Positions 35,930 to 50,097 of a stretch of DNA of 64,000 bases are shown here, piece after piece. Source of the stretch: Piromyces finnis finn (taxonomy: Eukaryota > Fungi > Neocallimastigomycota); NCBI GenBank assembly GCA_002104945.1, contig MCFH01000010.1, forward strand, positions 558,001-622,000. Direction: 5' to 3'. The translations under genes and the position numbers were made by a program. Below the pieces are notes generated by a model, which made no database searches, had not been told where the DNA came from, and was given only the letters and a program-made list of their open reading frames with translations. Positions within the stretch are counted from its first letter, which is position 1. The number at the start of each line of letters is the position of its first letter.

Positions 35930-37613
35930 TCTTTTCACTTTTAGTGCTTTTATTATATAAATTTTGAGTTTTAACTCTTCAATTTTATTTATATAAAATA
36001 AACTTTTTTATTCATAAAATTTAATTAATAGATATTTAATAATAAATATATAATAATCCCTAAAAAAAAATAGGCCATTTAATTATTTCATATATTAATA
36101 ATAAATTTGTAATATACATTAATTGTTTTATAATTTTAACCTCACTATTCCCATAATCGAGGTGTATTGAATATGTTTTACAGTTAAATAGGAAAAATAT
36201 TATTAACATTATATTAACATTTCCAAATTGGTAATATAAATAAATAAAATAGGTAACAAAAAAAAATATTAAAATTTAGTTAATATTTAAAATGAGAATT
36301 TTAAACTTTTAATATAAATTAATATTTGAATTAAGGAAATGAAATAGAGCTATTTCAATATATTATTAATATATCATCATTAAAAGTTTTGTGTTGAAAA
36401 CATTAATGGATAAACTTTAATTCTTATTAAAATCTATATTTTAGTTTGTTTTTGTATTTCTTTAACTCATTTATATTATACAATAGACTACAATATACAT
36501 ATCAATTTAAAATTTAATATAATCCGTTTTAATTTTTAAGTTGGAAAAACCAATTTAAATTTATATTAAGATTTGTATATTATAATATATTTCAATATAC
36601 TTTTATTAACACAATAACTAATAAATTAAATTATAAAACTAAACACGATTACACATAATTATTATGAAATTTTAAAAAAAATATTTAATATAATTTTATT
36701 TCATATATTTTTTAATCATTATTATTATAATTCTTTAGAAAATAAAGTAACCAAATTTTTTTTTAAAAATAAATTAATATAATTTTTTGATAATAAATTA
36801 AATAATAATTAATAATTTTATATCATTTATATATCATAAAATTACTACACATATATTAAAATATATTTAAATTATATTAAAGTAAAACTTTCTTTTCTAT
36901 CAAGAATTCTAAATGATCATACTATAATATATTATAGTTGATATAAACTATAGAAATTATCATTTTTCATCCTGAACTTTGTTTTTTACTATTATTTTAT
37001 TCTTTATATATTATGGATTGCTATTGTATTAGGATTATCATATTAATATATTAATGAATGGAATTTTTTATAAATAGTAAATATATTGTTAATTAAAATA
37101 ATCACATATTAATTTTATTATAAAATAAAGTTACCTATACAAAAAATATATTTTTTTAAAATTTATTGTTCAGCATCATAAAATTTTACCATTTTTATAT
37201 AGTTTATAATTATTTTTTTTTGGTATATAAATTTAACAAAAATCTCTTTTTTTTTTAAATTCATTTTTTTTATAGATTTAATTATTAGAATATTAAAATT
37301 ATTTCTAAGAATACTTTTTTAAAAAGAAATTTATCTTTTTCTTTTTATAAATTTATTTTAAAAATACATTAATATAGACATTATTTTTACAAAGAGTGAA
37401 AAAATTTTTTTTGATTTTCATAGTTTTTGTTGAAAATGATATTTTAATTAAAAAGTTTTTTCCCTTTATCACATAGATATATAAAGCAATAACAATATTA
37501 TATACAATTTTATATTACAAATTAAAAAAAGTCAATATAATTTATTCAACAACAATAATAAAAAAACTCATTTACTTTATAGAAATACATATTAATAGTT
37601 TGACTAATAAAAA

Positions 37614-38911
37614 ATGGCTGCTGTAACAGTACAAAGAAACGAAATAGAAGATTCAAATAAGGATAAGTTAACTACTTATACCTATACCATAACACAATCA
37701 TATTTCATAGATAGTTTATATGGTAAATATTTTAAACAATATTATAAAAAATAATAGTTTTATAAATTTTGTATATTAATATTTATTAATATAAAATATT
37801 ATTATTAGATATTGCATGTACCATATTAAACGAAAGTCCAATATGGAACAAACAATCCAATACCAGTCAAGAGAACCTTTGTTCTTTAAGAAGTTTTATT
37901 GTTAAAATAACTGAATCTTCAAATACAACTATTACTACTTTTCAAGTAGCTTTATATTATTTATTACAATTACATCAAAGGATAGAAAATATTAATGAGA
38001 CTACTAAGAAGCAAAAGTTATATACTGCTTTATGTGGTAGAAGAATGTTTTTAGCTGCTTTAATTATTGCGTCAAAATATGCTACTGATCGTGCTCTTTC
38101 ATCTGGAACATGGGCATCACACATTATTGGTCAAAACAATGGAATTAGAAATGTTAGTGAAGTTAATTCTATTCAACAAGAGTTTTTATCTATAATGGAG
38201 TATGAATTATTTATTGAACATGAAAACTTTAATCATTGGATGGACGAATTAAAAGAATATACTATATTAAAATATAAATATTTAAGTATCAATAACCAAA
38301 AACAAGTTCTTCAATGGAAAGCTCAACAATCTTATTGGTTTAAAAGACTTTCCATTGCTGCTAACATGAAGCGTTCAAAGATGAATATTTCCTCTAATAC
38401 CCAAACTACCTCATCTTCTTACATATTGACATCAACTCCAGTTCAAACTCCAGTTCAAACTCCAAATCAATCAACTAATATTGGAAATCCATTCTTAGTT
38501 TTATGTAACAAAACTACTTCATTACCTTCACCAACTTCCCCAATTTCCAAGAAATATGAAAACAATACTTCTGCTCCAATTAACACCCCATGTTCCCAAA
38601 CCATACCTTCAAAACAAAGTTTACCTGTTCAAATTAATACTAATTATCAAAGATATATACCAAGATATATAGTTAGTAATACCGTTACATTAACTCCATT
38701 ATCTAATATATCTACACCATTTGTTCTAAATAAGCAAAATAATGTTAATGTTTCTCAATATAATACTTATCAAAGAGTCACCAATTGTAATAATAAAAGA
38801 AGTCGTTCTTCTTCTTATGACAATTACCCAACAGAAAAGAAAATAAAATATAATAATCAAGTAATCCCTACTCCACCATCAAACTCTAGAATGTTTATTA
38901 ATATAAACTAA
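37614..38911 (+). CDS. PHO80/PCL-family cyclin, PCL5-like; join(37614..37722,37809..38911), about 403 aa
   Basis: Cyclin box LCGRRMFLAALIIASKYATDR...W; a GT-AG intron keeps the frame; Ser/Thr/Pro/Asn-rich C-terminal tail. Confidence 0.82.
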
Positions 38912-41900
38912 AAAAACTCCCTTTTCCTTTTTTTATAAAAAAAAAACATTAATATCATTTTACATTAATAATCAATATTCGCATTCATGGCTAAAAACAT
39001 ATCTTAATTACGCATATTTATTTATTTACTCAACAAAATTTTGAATTATAAACATCATTTTATTTAGTTTTTTTTAATTTTATTTTTTTTTTTTTAAAAT
39101 ATAAAGTAATCGTTATTACTTTATTATATCCAAAACAAATATTGTAAAAACAATTACATTATTTAACTAATTAAACGTAAAAAACATTTAAGCATAAATT
39201 AACAAATGAATAAAATAATTTAAGACTTTTAAAAAATAATGAGATAGAAATTGAAAATGTTTATATTTTTATTATTGTGTGTCTATAGAATCAATTGTTT
39301 TTTTATTTATTATAAATATACTAGAAATAGTGAAAGAACAAACAATATTATTATTGGTAATATTTTTTTTTTCTTTTAAAAGGATATGAGATAGTTTTTT
39401 TTTTTTAATCTCCCAAATTCATTTATTAATTGTATTATTAATGATTAACAATTTATTATTATTAATAATTTAATTAATGTATCGAAATAGATGAAAAAAA
39501 TTTTTTTTAATATATTAAATATATAGTATTCCTCATGTTTTACAATTACACAAATTTCAATCTTATTCCTTAGTATTATTGAAAAGGGAAATAAATTATT
39601 TTTTTTTTCTAATAATAATAAAATGTTTTATTTTTTTTCAATTTTCAAAATTCTTAAAACAAGTTAATGATTATTATTCTAATATATAAAAATACAATGA
39701 ATTTTTTATTTATTTAATTCTTTGTAACCTAGAGTATATTAATAATTAATATATACGTATTTAAAAAAAAAAAAGAAATTGTATGAAAGCTATAAACAAT
39801 AATAACAACCATAAATATAAATAGTAAATCATTTAATTTTTTTTTTTTTTAAAACTAGTATATATTGTAATGCTTTATGTATATAATATTTAAAAAATGT
39901 TTCATTTTTTGTTTTTAACAACAATACCATTTCAATAGTTTATATTATTATATATATATATTTTAAAAAAAAAATAAAAATAAAAGGATATTTAAATGGC
40001 ATTATCATATTTTATTAATTTTTCATTTTTTTCTTTTTAAAAAGTTGTATTTATTTATTTGTATATATCATTATATTCATTATATTATTATTATATTAAT
40101 ACCAAATAATATGAATAATATTTATAGATTTAATTTAAACAAAGAAAGTTATAATGAATCTTTATGAATTATAGTTATTATAACCAACTTTAAATAATAA
40201 AGTAGTTCTTCAAGAAAGATTTATATTAATTCATTTTATTAAGCTAATTTAGAATGAAAAAATATTAATTATTTATTTAAAATAAAATAAAAAAGACATT
40301 GTATTTTTTTTTTAAATAAATAAAGTTGAGTATTTTTTTAGCTTTAGCTTTAAAAATTTAATCTTATTTAGTTGAATTGATGGTTTAAATTTAACTATTC
40401 CTATTTAAATTATTAAATAAATTTAAAAGAAAATAAATTTAAAGTTTAGTTATAATTTTAGTTTTTTTTTTTTTTTTTCGTTATTAATCAATTTAGTATT
40501 AATAACAGTTAACAGTAAATAAATCTTTTTTACATTAATATATCTAATAATTATTGGTATATGAAATTTGGCTATTTTTTTTTTTTTCAGGATGGTAAAA
40601 TTATTATCACATCATGTTGATCAATGAAAGGGATGTTGACTCAATATGATTTTTGAGGAAATCTTTATAAATTATGATTAAGATTCTTTAATTCATATTT
40701 AATTAATATAAAGAAATGTTAATATATATTAAATTTAACCAAAATATGATAATTTCATTTATTGATTATGAATAGATTAAATTTTGGAAAATAATTATAA
40801 ATAAACTTTAATTAATTAATTTATTTTCATATTAAATTTTTGTTTAAATGTAAAGGTTTTAAAAGTTTTATATTGTTTTATGTTTAGCTATCTATTTTAC
40901 CATTTAATAATAATTTAAAATTAAGGAAGAAAAAAGAATTTCTAATATTTAATATTGCCTATTATATATAATTTTTTATAAATCAAAGGTAGGTTAATAA
41001 AGAATTTTTTTTAAACTTTTTTTTATTAAGGAAATATTTTTTTTTTATTTTCTATCCTGTTGCTAAGTAAAAAAATAATAAACATATATTATAGAATTAA
41101 TAAAGTTTATGGCTTATTTAATCCTAATTATTATAATTATTAATATAATTATTTTTTTTTGTTTAAAATACTTTTAGTTTTACAAAGTTACTCATATAAT
41201 ATAACCATCATTTTTCATATTATTTATATATTTATTAAAGTTTTAAATATTAAACTTATTTATATGAAAATGTTAAGATTTAAAACTAAAACGAACACAA
41301 TTGTATTAATTTAAATGTTTCACAGAAATTAAATTTACTATTTAAGGTAATAATCGAAATTTTTAATTTATAATGATAATGACAATTATTTTCTGTATTT
41401 GAAATCATTCTATTCAATTTATTGAAAAAGTAATTATAAAAAGAAAAATGTATTATATGATAATGATAATTATTAAAAATTTTATTTACTTAAATATATT
41501 TTTTATTACTATTAAACTATGTTGTTGGAATTATGTTAATGATGCTATAGTATAAGACCTATTTTTATTTTATGAATAATTTTATAAATTTTTTATACTA
41601 TAAAAAATATTATATTAATGAATAAATATATATATTTATAAATAAATCTATTATTAAAAATCAATGAATAATTTAAGTATAATAGAAAATTTGTTGAATT
41701 GTGTTTTTTTTTTTTTATATTAAAATATAAAATTTTTTATAATAATTTAAATATATTAATTTTTAAAACGTTTCCCATTTTTTTTATTCATTAATGAAAA
41801 TCAATTAAACAAATTTTGTTTCATTTTCCAATTAATTTGTTTAAAAAAGGTATAAAAAAAATGTTTTAAAATCATATAGTTTTTTTTCTTTTATAAATGA

Positions 41901-42586
41901 TGTTTCCATTGTATTAAAAAAAATGGAACCAATGAATTCATTTTATGATGATAATGTCAATGTTTTAAAATTTAATTTATTTTTATAGATGAATAATGAT
42001 TTTAGGCTGAAAAAAAAAAGATATTACTATTTTTAGGTTTATTTATTTTCATAATAATAATACTATTATTAATGTCTTAAAATGAACTATTGATAATTTA
42101 TATTTATTATGAATAATGATTTTAATAAGCATTCCTTTTTATTATAGTATTAAATAAAACTAATGAAAATAATAGTTGAACAGGTATGAAACATGTTTAT
42201 AGATTTTCTTATAATTATTCTAATTTTTTAAAAAAAAAAATTAGAAATTTATACATTTAATTAATATTATAAACATCATTTATTGAACCATTTCTTTAAA
42301 AAAGTTTAAGAATTAATAAATTTATATTTCTAAAACAATCTTGTAAAATAAAAATTATTTTGTTAAATTAATTAAAAAGAAATGAATGTTTTGAATATTT
42401 TAGGAAAGGAATGGATGTTAAAAATGCTTTTTTATATTTATTAAACAATATCAAAGTACTTTTAGATACTTATTTTAATAATGATTTATTTATATGAGAA
42501 AAAATATCATTAAGAATCCAATTTCTGTTAATTGTTTTTTATTTTAAAAATATTAAAATGAAAATTTGTCTATTTTTTATTTTAAA

Positions 42587-42694
42587 TTTGTTCAAAACTT
42601 TAAGAAAATGTTCTACAAATTCTTGATAATGTTTTAAAAATTTGTTCAAAACTTTAAGAAAATGTTCTACAAATTCTTGATAATGTTTTAAAAA
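42587..42694. repeat. 54-bp unit x2 tandem duplication
   Basis: TTTGTTCAAAACTTTAAGAAAATGTTCTACAAATTCTTGATAATGTTTTAAAAA at 42587 and 42641. Confidence 0.9.
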
Positions 42695-43143
42695 TATAAT
42701 TTTATGTATACATTAATATTTTAAATTTTAAATTCAATCTTTAATTAAAATTTTGAATTTACATAAATTTAATTAAATTTTTAATTAAAATTTTTAAATG
42801 AAATGTAAAATAGTACAGATAAAAAAAATATTCATCTATATTTTTTTTTTTATACAATAGTGGTTTTGTAGTATTATAAAAAGTTAATGAGGAATAATAT
42901 ATTTTTATTTTTAAATAAACTCAATATCATATATAATATACATAAATAACTATTTTATTACATAGTCATATACAATATATTCCTATCTTGATAATAAAAA
43001 TTTCTAATATGAAATATACTTGTAGTTTTTCAACTACTATCTAATTTTTTTTTATAATTATATCGTAACTTTTTATTCTTTTTTTTTTTTAGTTATCTTT
43101 TAGATTTTATATATAAAAATAACCAATTTATTACAAAGGAAAA

Positions 43144-46100
43144 ATGTTAACAAATAGCATTAAGAAAATTAATAAGTTAGATTTAAATAAAGAATATGAA
43201 AAGAAGGAAAGATTAAAAAAGTTTAATTTAAAACTTTTAACAAAAATAAATTTAAATTACCTACCAAGACACAATGAGCTTTGTCTTTCTTCGAAATTTA
43301 TTGCATGCCCTTTAAAAACTAATATATATAATACAAAATCTCGTTATTATAGATCCAATATACAAAAATCGAAAAAAAATATAAGTAATTTAATAGGCGT
43401 ACGGCGGGAGTATGATGATGTTTATAATGACGAGAAGAATATAAATTATGATGACGACGAAATTTACTCTTTAATAAATATTAATGATATTTATCATCAA
43501 AACACTACCAGTAACAAAAATTTAATACATAGTTTGAATAATGAATCAAATCAAGGATTAGCATATGATTTAAAATACAAGTATGGTATTAGTTTAAGTC
43601 ATAATGATCCTATTACTGCTGTAACAATGAGTGCATCCGTTATTGATTCTTGTTCTTATTTTATTTCATGTTCAAGAAGTAAAATAATTATATCCTTATT
43701 AAATGTAAATCACTTACAATTAATACATGAAGAAGAAATTGAAACTGGTTTTGGAGATGTTGATTGGGTAACAATTGATAAAAGTGATCAATGGATTGCT
43801 ATAGGAGTTAATAAAGATATATATGTAATTGAATGGAATACACTAAAAATTATAAAATTAGAAGGGCATAAAGAAAGGGTTACAAATGTATTGTTCTTTT
43901 ATACATTTGCAGATCCTTCATTAGACTATCAATCTTATTTATGCTTATTATCCCTTAGTGAAGATAGAACATTTATAAGTAAATTTCATTTTAGTAAATT
44001 AGAAAATATTTTTTAAATATTATATCTAAATGATTAATAATTAATTTTATAAATAATATTTACTAAATTGTTTTTACTTTCTTTTTTTTAATACTGTAAT
44101 GAAATTAATTTTCTATATTAAAAATTGTTCTTTTTTTTTTTTTCTTCTTCTAAATTTTATAATTTACACAATTATTGATATTAAATAGTTTGGGATTTTC
44201 AAAATGAATCATGTATTTATCAGTCAGAAATATTATCACCATTTCCTTTAACTAGTGCTGTTATAGATCAAAATAGATGTCGAGTGATTATTGGCGGTGT
44301 TGATGGACGTTTAAGATTCTTTGATTTAAATACTTTAAGAACTAAAATGATTTGTGAACCAAGATGTATTCATATTACTGATTTATCTAATTATTGGAAG
44401 GATACTGTGAACCAAGATCTAGATGATTTAGCAAAAAACCACAATAAAAATGAAGGAAAGGCTATAGATATTAATGTTGTAAGTAGTATTCCAAAATGGA
44501 GAATGAATATAAAAGATGATTTGTACACATCAAAAGAAAATAATTCTATAAAGAATGACGTCTATAGTATTGATTATGGTAACAAAAATGGAATTATAAA
44601 TTTACATTTTTTACCTCATACATTTTCATTTAAAAAAAATTCTCTTCATTCAAAATTTCAAATTAATGAAGAAATGCAAAATAATATTTATTCATTATCC
44701 CATGATAAAGTGAAAACAAAATCATCTTATCTTTTGATAGGTATGAGTCAAGGTATTGTTGTTTTAGATTCAGATAATTATAATATATTATATCACTATA
44801 ATCTTCATGAAATTCCACTCTGCCGATTTATTAATAAAGAAAATTCAAATCCAAATCAAGAGCCAGTAGAATATTCAATGGCATTGGTAGATGGATACCA
44901 TTTTTTCAATTTTTCAAATATAACATTAATGATATTAAGTCATCGTTTTAATCAAACAATAGATATTATAGAGTTATCACAGGGACAGGATACAGTAAAA
45001 AATGACCTTTTAAAATTTACAGAAGTAGAAGTTGATGAATTTTGTGAAGATTATTTAAATAATAAAATTGACTTTCAAGAATTAATTTATAAAGTAACAG
45101 AAAAAAATGTGAAAGGTTATTGGTCAAAAAATGTTTATAATGATATTATTGAAGAGTTTAATACAATGGGAATTACTACAATGGAACAAATAAAAGATCA
45201 TATAGAAGCTGATTTTAATCCTAAAATACCTAAATTCATTTTATCCTTTATAAAGTATTTCTTAGAAAGATTGAATGTAATGAAAAAAACATTCATTTCA
45301 GGATTAGATCATTTCTCTTCTAATCTTATATTACCTTCTGATACTATTAATTCAGTGGTCCCAACCTCATTGTATGCTTCAAAATCAGAAAAAATTGCAC
45401 CTGATTCTCCTTTAAAATGGGCATTTTTAGAAAATAAATTAAAGGATGGAAAAATAAAAAAGAAAACTACTATTGGAGGTTTAGGTATTTTAGATGTTAT
45501 GAATCAACCAATTACTTTTCGTTCTCATATAAAATCCTCCGGATATTCTTCCGTACCAACAAGTTTGGCTTATGCAAAGAATTTTTCCTCAAAGTCTAAA
45601 ACAAAAAAACTTGTGAAAAGACCTTCTACTACTTCAAAATCAATCGGGCAAAAAAGTTCTAAAGAAATTGGACAAGTCTGTAGGAGTCTTTCTTCCCTTT
45701 CTATGAAGTCTTCTAAATCTTTACCTGAAATTAAGTCAAAAGAATTTAATAAAAGACCATCATCCACAAATATGGAATTAAAAAGACCTGGATCAAGTCA
45801 AAGTATACTAAGTAATGAGAGTATGGATATCCCCAATGAATTCAAATCCTACGATCAATGTAAAGGTGTTTTTAAATATAGAATAAAATATAATCCGGAT
45901 TGTATACAACAAACTGGTTCACTTACCTCTGTAGTTTATAATTATAATGGTAATTATGTAGCATCAGCTTCCACAAACAGTTCAGTATGCATTTATAAAT
46001 ATAGGTACAAACCAAGATCATTAGAAAAAGATAAATCAAATTTATACGATTGGAATTGGAAATATTCAAGAGAATTAATTGGTCATAATAATACAATTAC

Positions 46101-47151
46101 AAATGTACGGTGGGGAGCAAAATGTAATAATGAAATGAGTAAACTTATGGGAGGGGAAACTCAATTGTTAATTACAAGCTCAAAAGATAATACTGCAAGA
46201 TTATGGTCATTAAATAAAACAGATCCTCTACTTGTATTCAAATTTATTCATGGTACTCCTAAAAGTCATCAACTTAATTCTAAAACTTTTCCTCATGGTT
46301 CTATATTTACATATGAAATAAAAGATGCTTCTCTCTTTTATCAAAATCATTTTATTGCCTTACTTCATCATAATAAACTTTATTTCTATCGTTATCTCAT
46401 TCAGAAACAAGAAGCAGGGTCAGTGAAACCTCATCAAAATAATAATAAATATAAAATTACTACATCATATACCACAGATGCGCAGTACTTTACTGCATTT
46501 TCTTGTATTAATAATAATTTATCTCATCTATTATTAACAGCCTCTTCAGATAAATCTGTAAAAAAAAAACAACTTTTTTTTATCTTTCTTAATTATTTTT
46601 TTTAAAAAAAACAAAATATATTTATTATTAATTTGTGAATAGATAAAAAATATTGTAATTAATTAATTAATTAATATTTAATTCATATATAATAATAAAT
46701 TTATAAATTATAGATTAATATTTATGACGCCAATGTAAATAAGAACATCCTTTGTATACCAAATGCATCAAAAGGAAAACCAATTCATTCAATTACTTTG
46801 GCCGATTATGATACCCCATGCTCAACATTCCATGATGGCTTTTTAACTTGTTCAATTAATGATTCTATACGATGGTGGGATATCCGTACTCAACATAATG
46901 TCAGAGTATTTGAAGGGCATTCGCATTCAAAATATCCATTAAGATGTTCTATATCTCCTTGTGGCCGGTATATTTCAAGTGGTAGCGAAGAAAATGGTTA
47001 TTATATTTGGGATGTAAGAACAAGCAATACTTTAGCAAAAGTATCCGGTGGTCATACAGATGCTGTTATGGATATTGCTTTTAATCCACGTTTTGCTGAA
47101 CTAGCAACTGCATCAATTGATGGAAAAGTTAGATTTTTTACTGAAAAATAA
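43144..47151 (+). CDS. WDR27: WD40-repeat protein WDR27; join(43144..43978,44189..46557,46714..47151)
   Basis: Spliced SEDRTFIIWDFQNESCIYQSEILSPFPL...GGVDGRL and C-terminal WDIRT...FEGH...SPCGRY...GHTDAV..IAFNP...LATASIDGK match my recollection of animal WDR27. GT-AG sites keep the frame. Confidence 0.82.
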
Positions 47152-47607
47152 TAATAATAATAATAAAAAAATTTTTTATTTTTTACTTTTCATCTTATTT
47201 TCATATAATTCCATGAAATAATGGAAAAATATCTACTACTTTTAATTTTTTGGATACCATAAATATATTTATAATTAAATTATATATATAATAATTATTA
47301 TTTGTTTTATTAATTTAAATTATTTTAAATTAAGATTATAGGTATTAAATAATATATTTTTATATATTCAATCAATAAAGTACATAATAATAGAAAAAAA
47401 ATAATAATTTTTATATAACTAAAAAAGATATATTTAAAAAATGAAACAAATATAAAAAAAGTATAAAAAAAGATAAATTTAAATAAATAATGATATTTAA
47501 TTAAAAATAAGAATAAAATTATCTATATATAGATAGATATAATATATATATTGTATTTTAAATGAAATGTCTATAAATATTTTAAGCATCAATTAACAAA
47601 TTTGCTT

Positions 47608-50060
47608 TTAAACTTCAAATTGGGATGTGCTAGTGTCATATTGGGAATTATCATATTGATTTGCTTCATTATTAGAATTATCATAAACTTTTTCAACGTG
47701 AGTAGAGATACAGTGAACAGTAGTAATTGATTCTGCGTTATTATATACTGGATAACCAAGAGGTGGATTAGCAGATTGAACAAATATATTACGTAGAATT
47801 ACCTAAAATTTGATTAAATTATAAAATAAATATTAAATAAATAACAGTTCATAAAATAATCTTTAAAAATTATAATTATATGTTATATTTACATCATTTG
47901 CTTGTATACTGTATCGTTCTATATTAATATTAATAATAATATTATTAAAAAATTTTTAATAAATGAATATGATTTATTAAAAAAATATTCTTTTTTTAAT
48001 TTTTTTAAATAATATAAATTTATCCATACCATCATCATCGTTAGTACAATAATAAAGCTCAAATACTAAGTTTGCCCAAGTACCCTATTATAAGTTAATT
48101 ATTAAATTTAAATTTAATTATATGATTACTATCGAATAATTCTCTAAATTATTATTACTTTTGGAATTTCCTGATTAATTTGAGCAAAATTAATTAAATT
48201 ACAGTTTCTTTTTAAGGTTTGAGAGTAGTAACAACCATCAGCACTATAAAGAGTAAAGAAATTTGGTACTTTTTCTTCTAATTTTCTTATCCAATTGGGT
48301 GTATTAGCCATATCAATACAATACTCTTTATCATACATAATTAATGTATTCTGTTATATATATAAATAAAATTAATTTTATATTTAATATATATTTAATA
48401 TATAAATTCTTATTAATATTTTCAAATATATTTACCATCATTCCATTATAGTCACTAATATTATTCATGATAGTTTCGTCATAAACAAACTTTAAAGAAA
48501 TTCTGAAACATTCAATAATTAATTCTTTAGCATCATCATATTCGTCAAGACAGAAAGATGATGTAGTTAGTGGGAATTTTCCAGAAAATATTTTAAAAAT
48601 TGAGTCCATTGTTAATACTATTATTATAATAATTTTTATATATTTTAAAATAGTTAATGAATTTAATTTAATATTAGTTTTTTTTTATTCCAATTTTTAG
48701 GTTTTAGGTGAAACATATTATACCATAATCGTTAACACATGAATAGAACATAACAGCTACACTTATAATATTATTTTTAATATCATTATCAAAAATATTA
48801 TATCTGTTGGTGACATGATCAAACCAACTCATTGGAAATTGTTTCCAATAAGTATTAAATAATTCCTTATTAGCATCAATTTTTAGCCAACTAATAAAGT
48901 TAGATACATTTATTTTATATGTTATTTAAATGAATAGTTATAAAATATATAAAATAAATTTATTTGATGTTTATTATTAGAAAATAAAAATTTACCTATC
49001 TATGATTTCTTTACTTATTAAGGATAATTTCCATATTAAAACTTTGAAAAATGTTGGATAAATTAAAGCAATTACTTCAGGGTTATCTAAAATTCCAACA
49101 ACCTTACTTTTTATATCTGTATAACATTTGCAGTATAGTGGTGTTTTTGGCTATTTTATATTCATTATACATATGTATTATTTAGAATTTTTAATAATTA
49201 TATATATATTAATTATATATTACAATATAAATATTATACAAGTTATGAATTATTTAAAAAAGTATTTACAATAATACTACTTCTTATAGGAAATTCAATA
49301 GTATTTGGAGAATTATTTGTTTTTTCAAATATTTCATCGATCTTTCTTGCTTCGACATTATGACATGAAGTTCCTTGTTTTTCCAATCCTTTGAAATTCT
49401 ATCATAATGTTACTGATGAATTAATTCTCTATATTTTTTTTATTTTATTTTTTAAACATTAAATATTTAATTCATTATAATTAAAAAAAATACTTACAAT
49501 AACACAATCTGAATATGAACTTTCTACAATTTGTATAAGTAATATTAGGGTATCATATCTACATAAATACATTTCTCCAGCTTTAGTAGAATATCTTCCT
49601 TTTGACATACCTTTATTTATAATTCTTTTTAAATTAAATGTAAAATCTTGATATATTAGTGCATCACTGTTAGAAGCAGAGGTATAATCTGTTTCAATAT
49701 CTTTTTTTTTTTTTTTTTTTTTTAAAATAGTTTAAAATTAATAAAATTTTTATAAATATATACTATAAAATAATAGTTTTTAAAAATTAATATATACCAA
49801 ACTTTGGCCATTGTCTAGCTGGTCTTGGATATCCAATAAAGAATATAGGTAAGCCAAATATTGGCACCATTGGTGAATTAAGAAAACTAGTAATAAGTAT
49901 TACTAGTAATAAGATTGGAGTATATAAGATAATAAATATTACAGCTAATGTTTGATACTTTACATGTTGTTTTTTATTTATCTGTTATATTTATAATGAA
50001 TAATGTATATTTATATATTAATAAATATTTTTAATATAACTATTAATATTTTTTCTTTCT

Positions 50061-50097
<37 letters not shown>

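Noticed and set aside
41945-42010. C/D snoRNA (ATGATGA ... CTGA)
   Set aside because: No terminal stem, internal D'/C' boxes or plausible guide; such motifs are expected by chance here.
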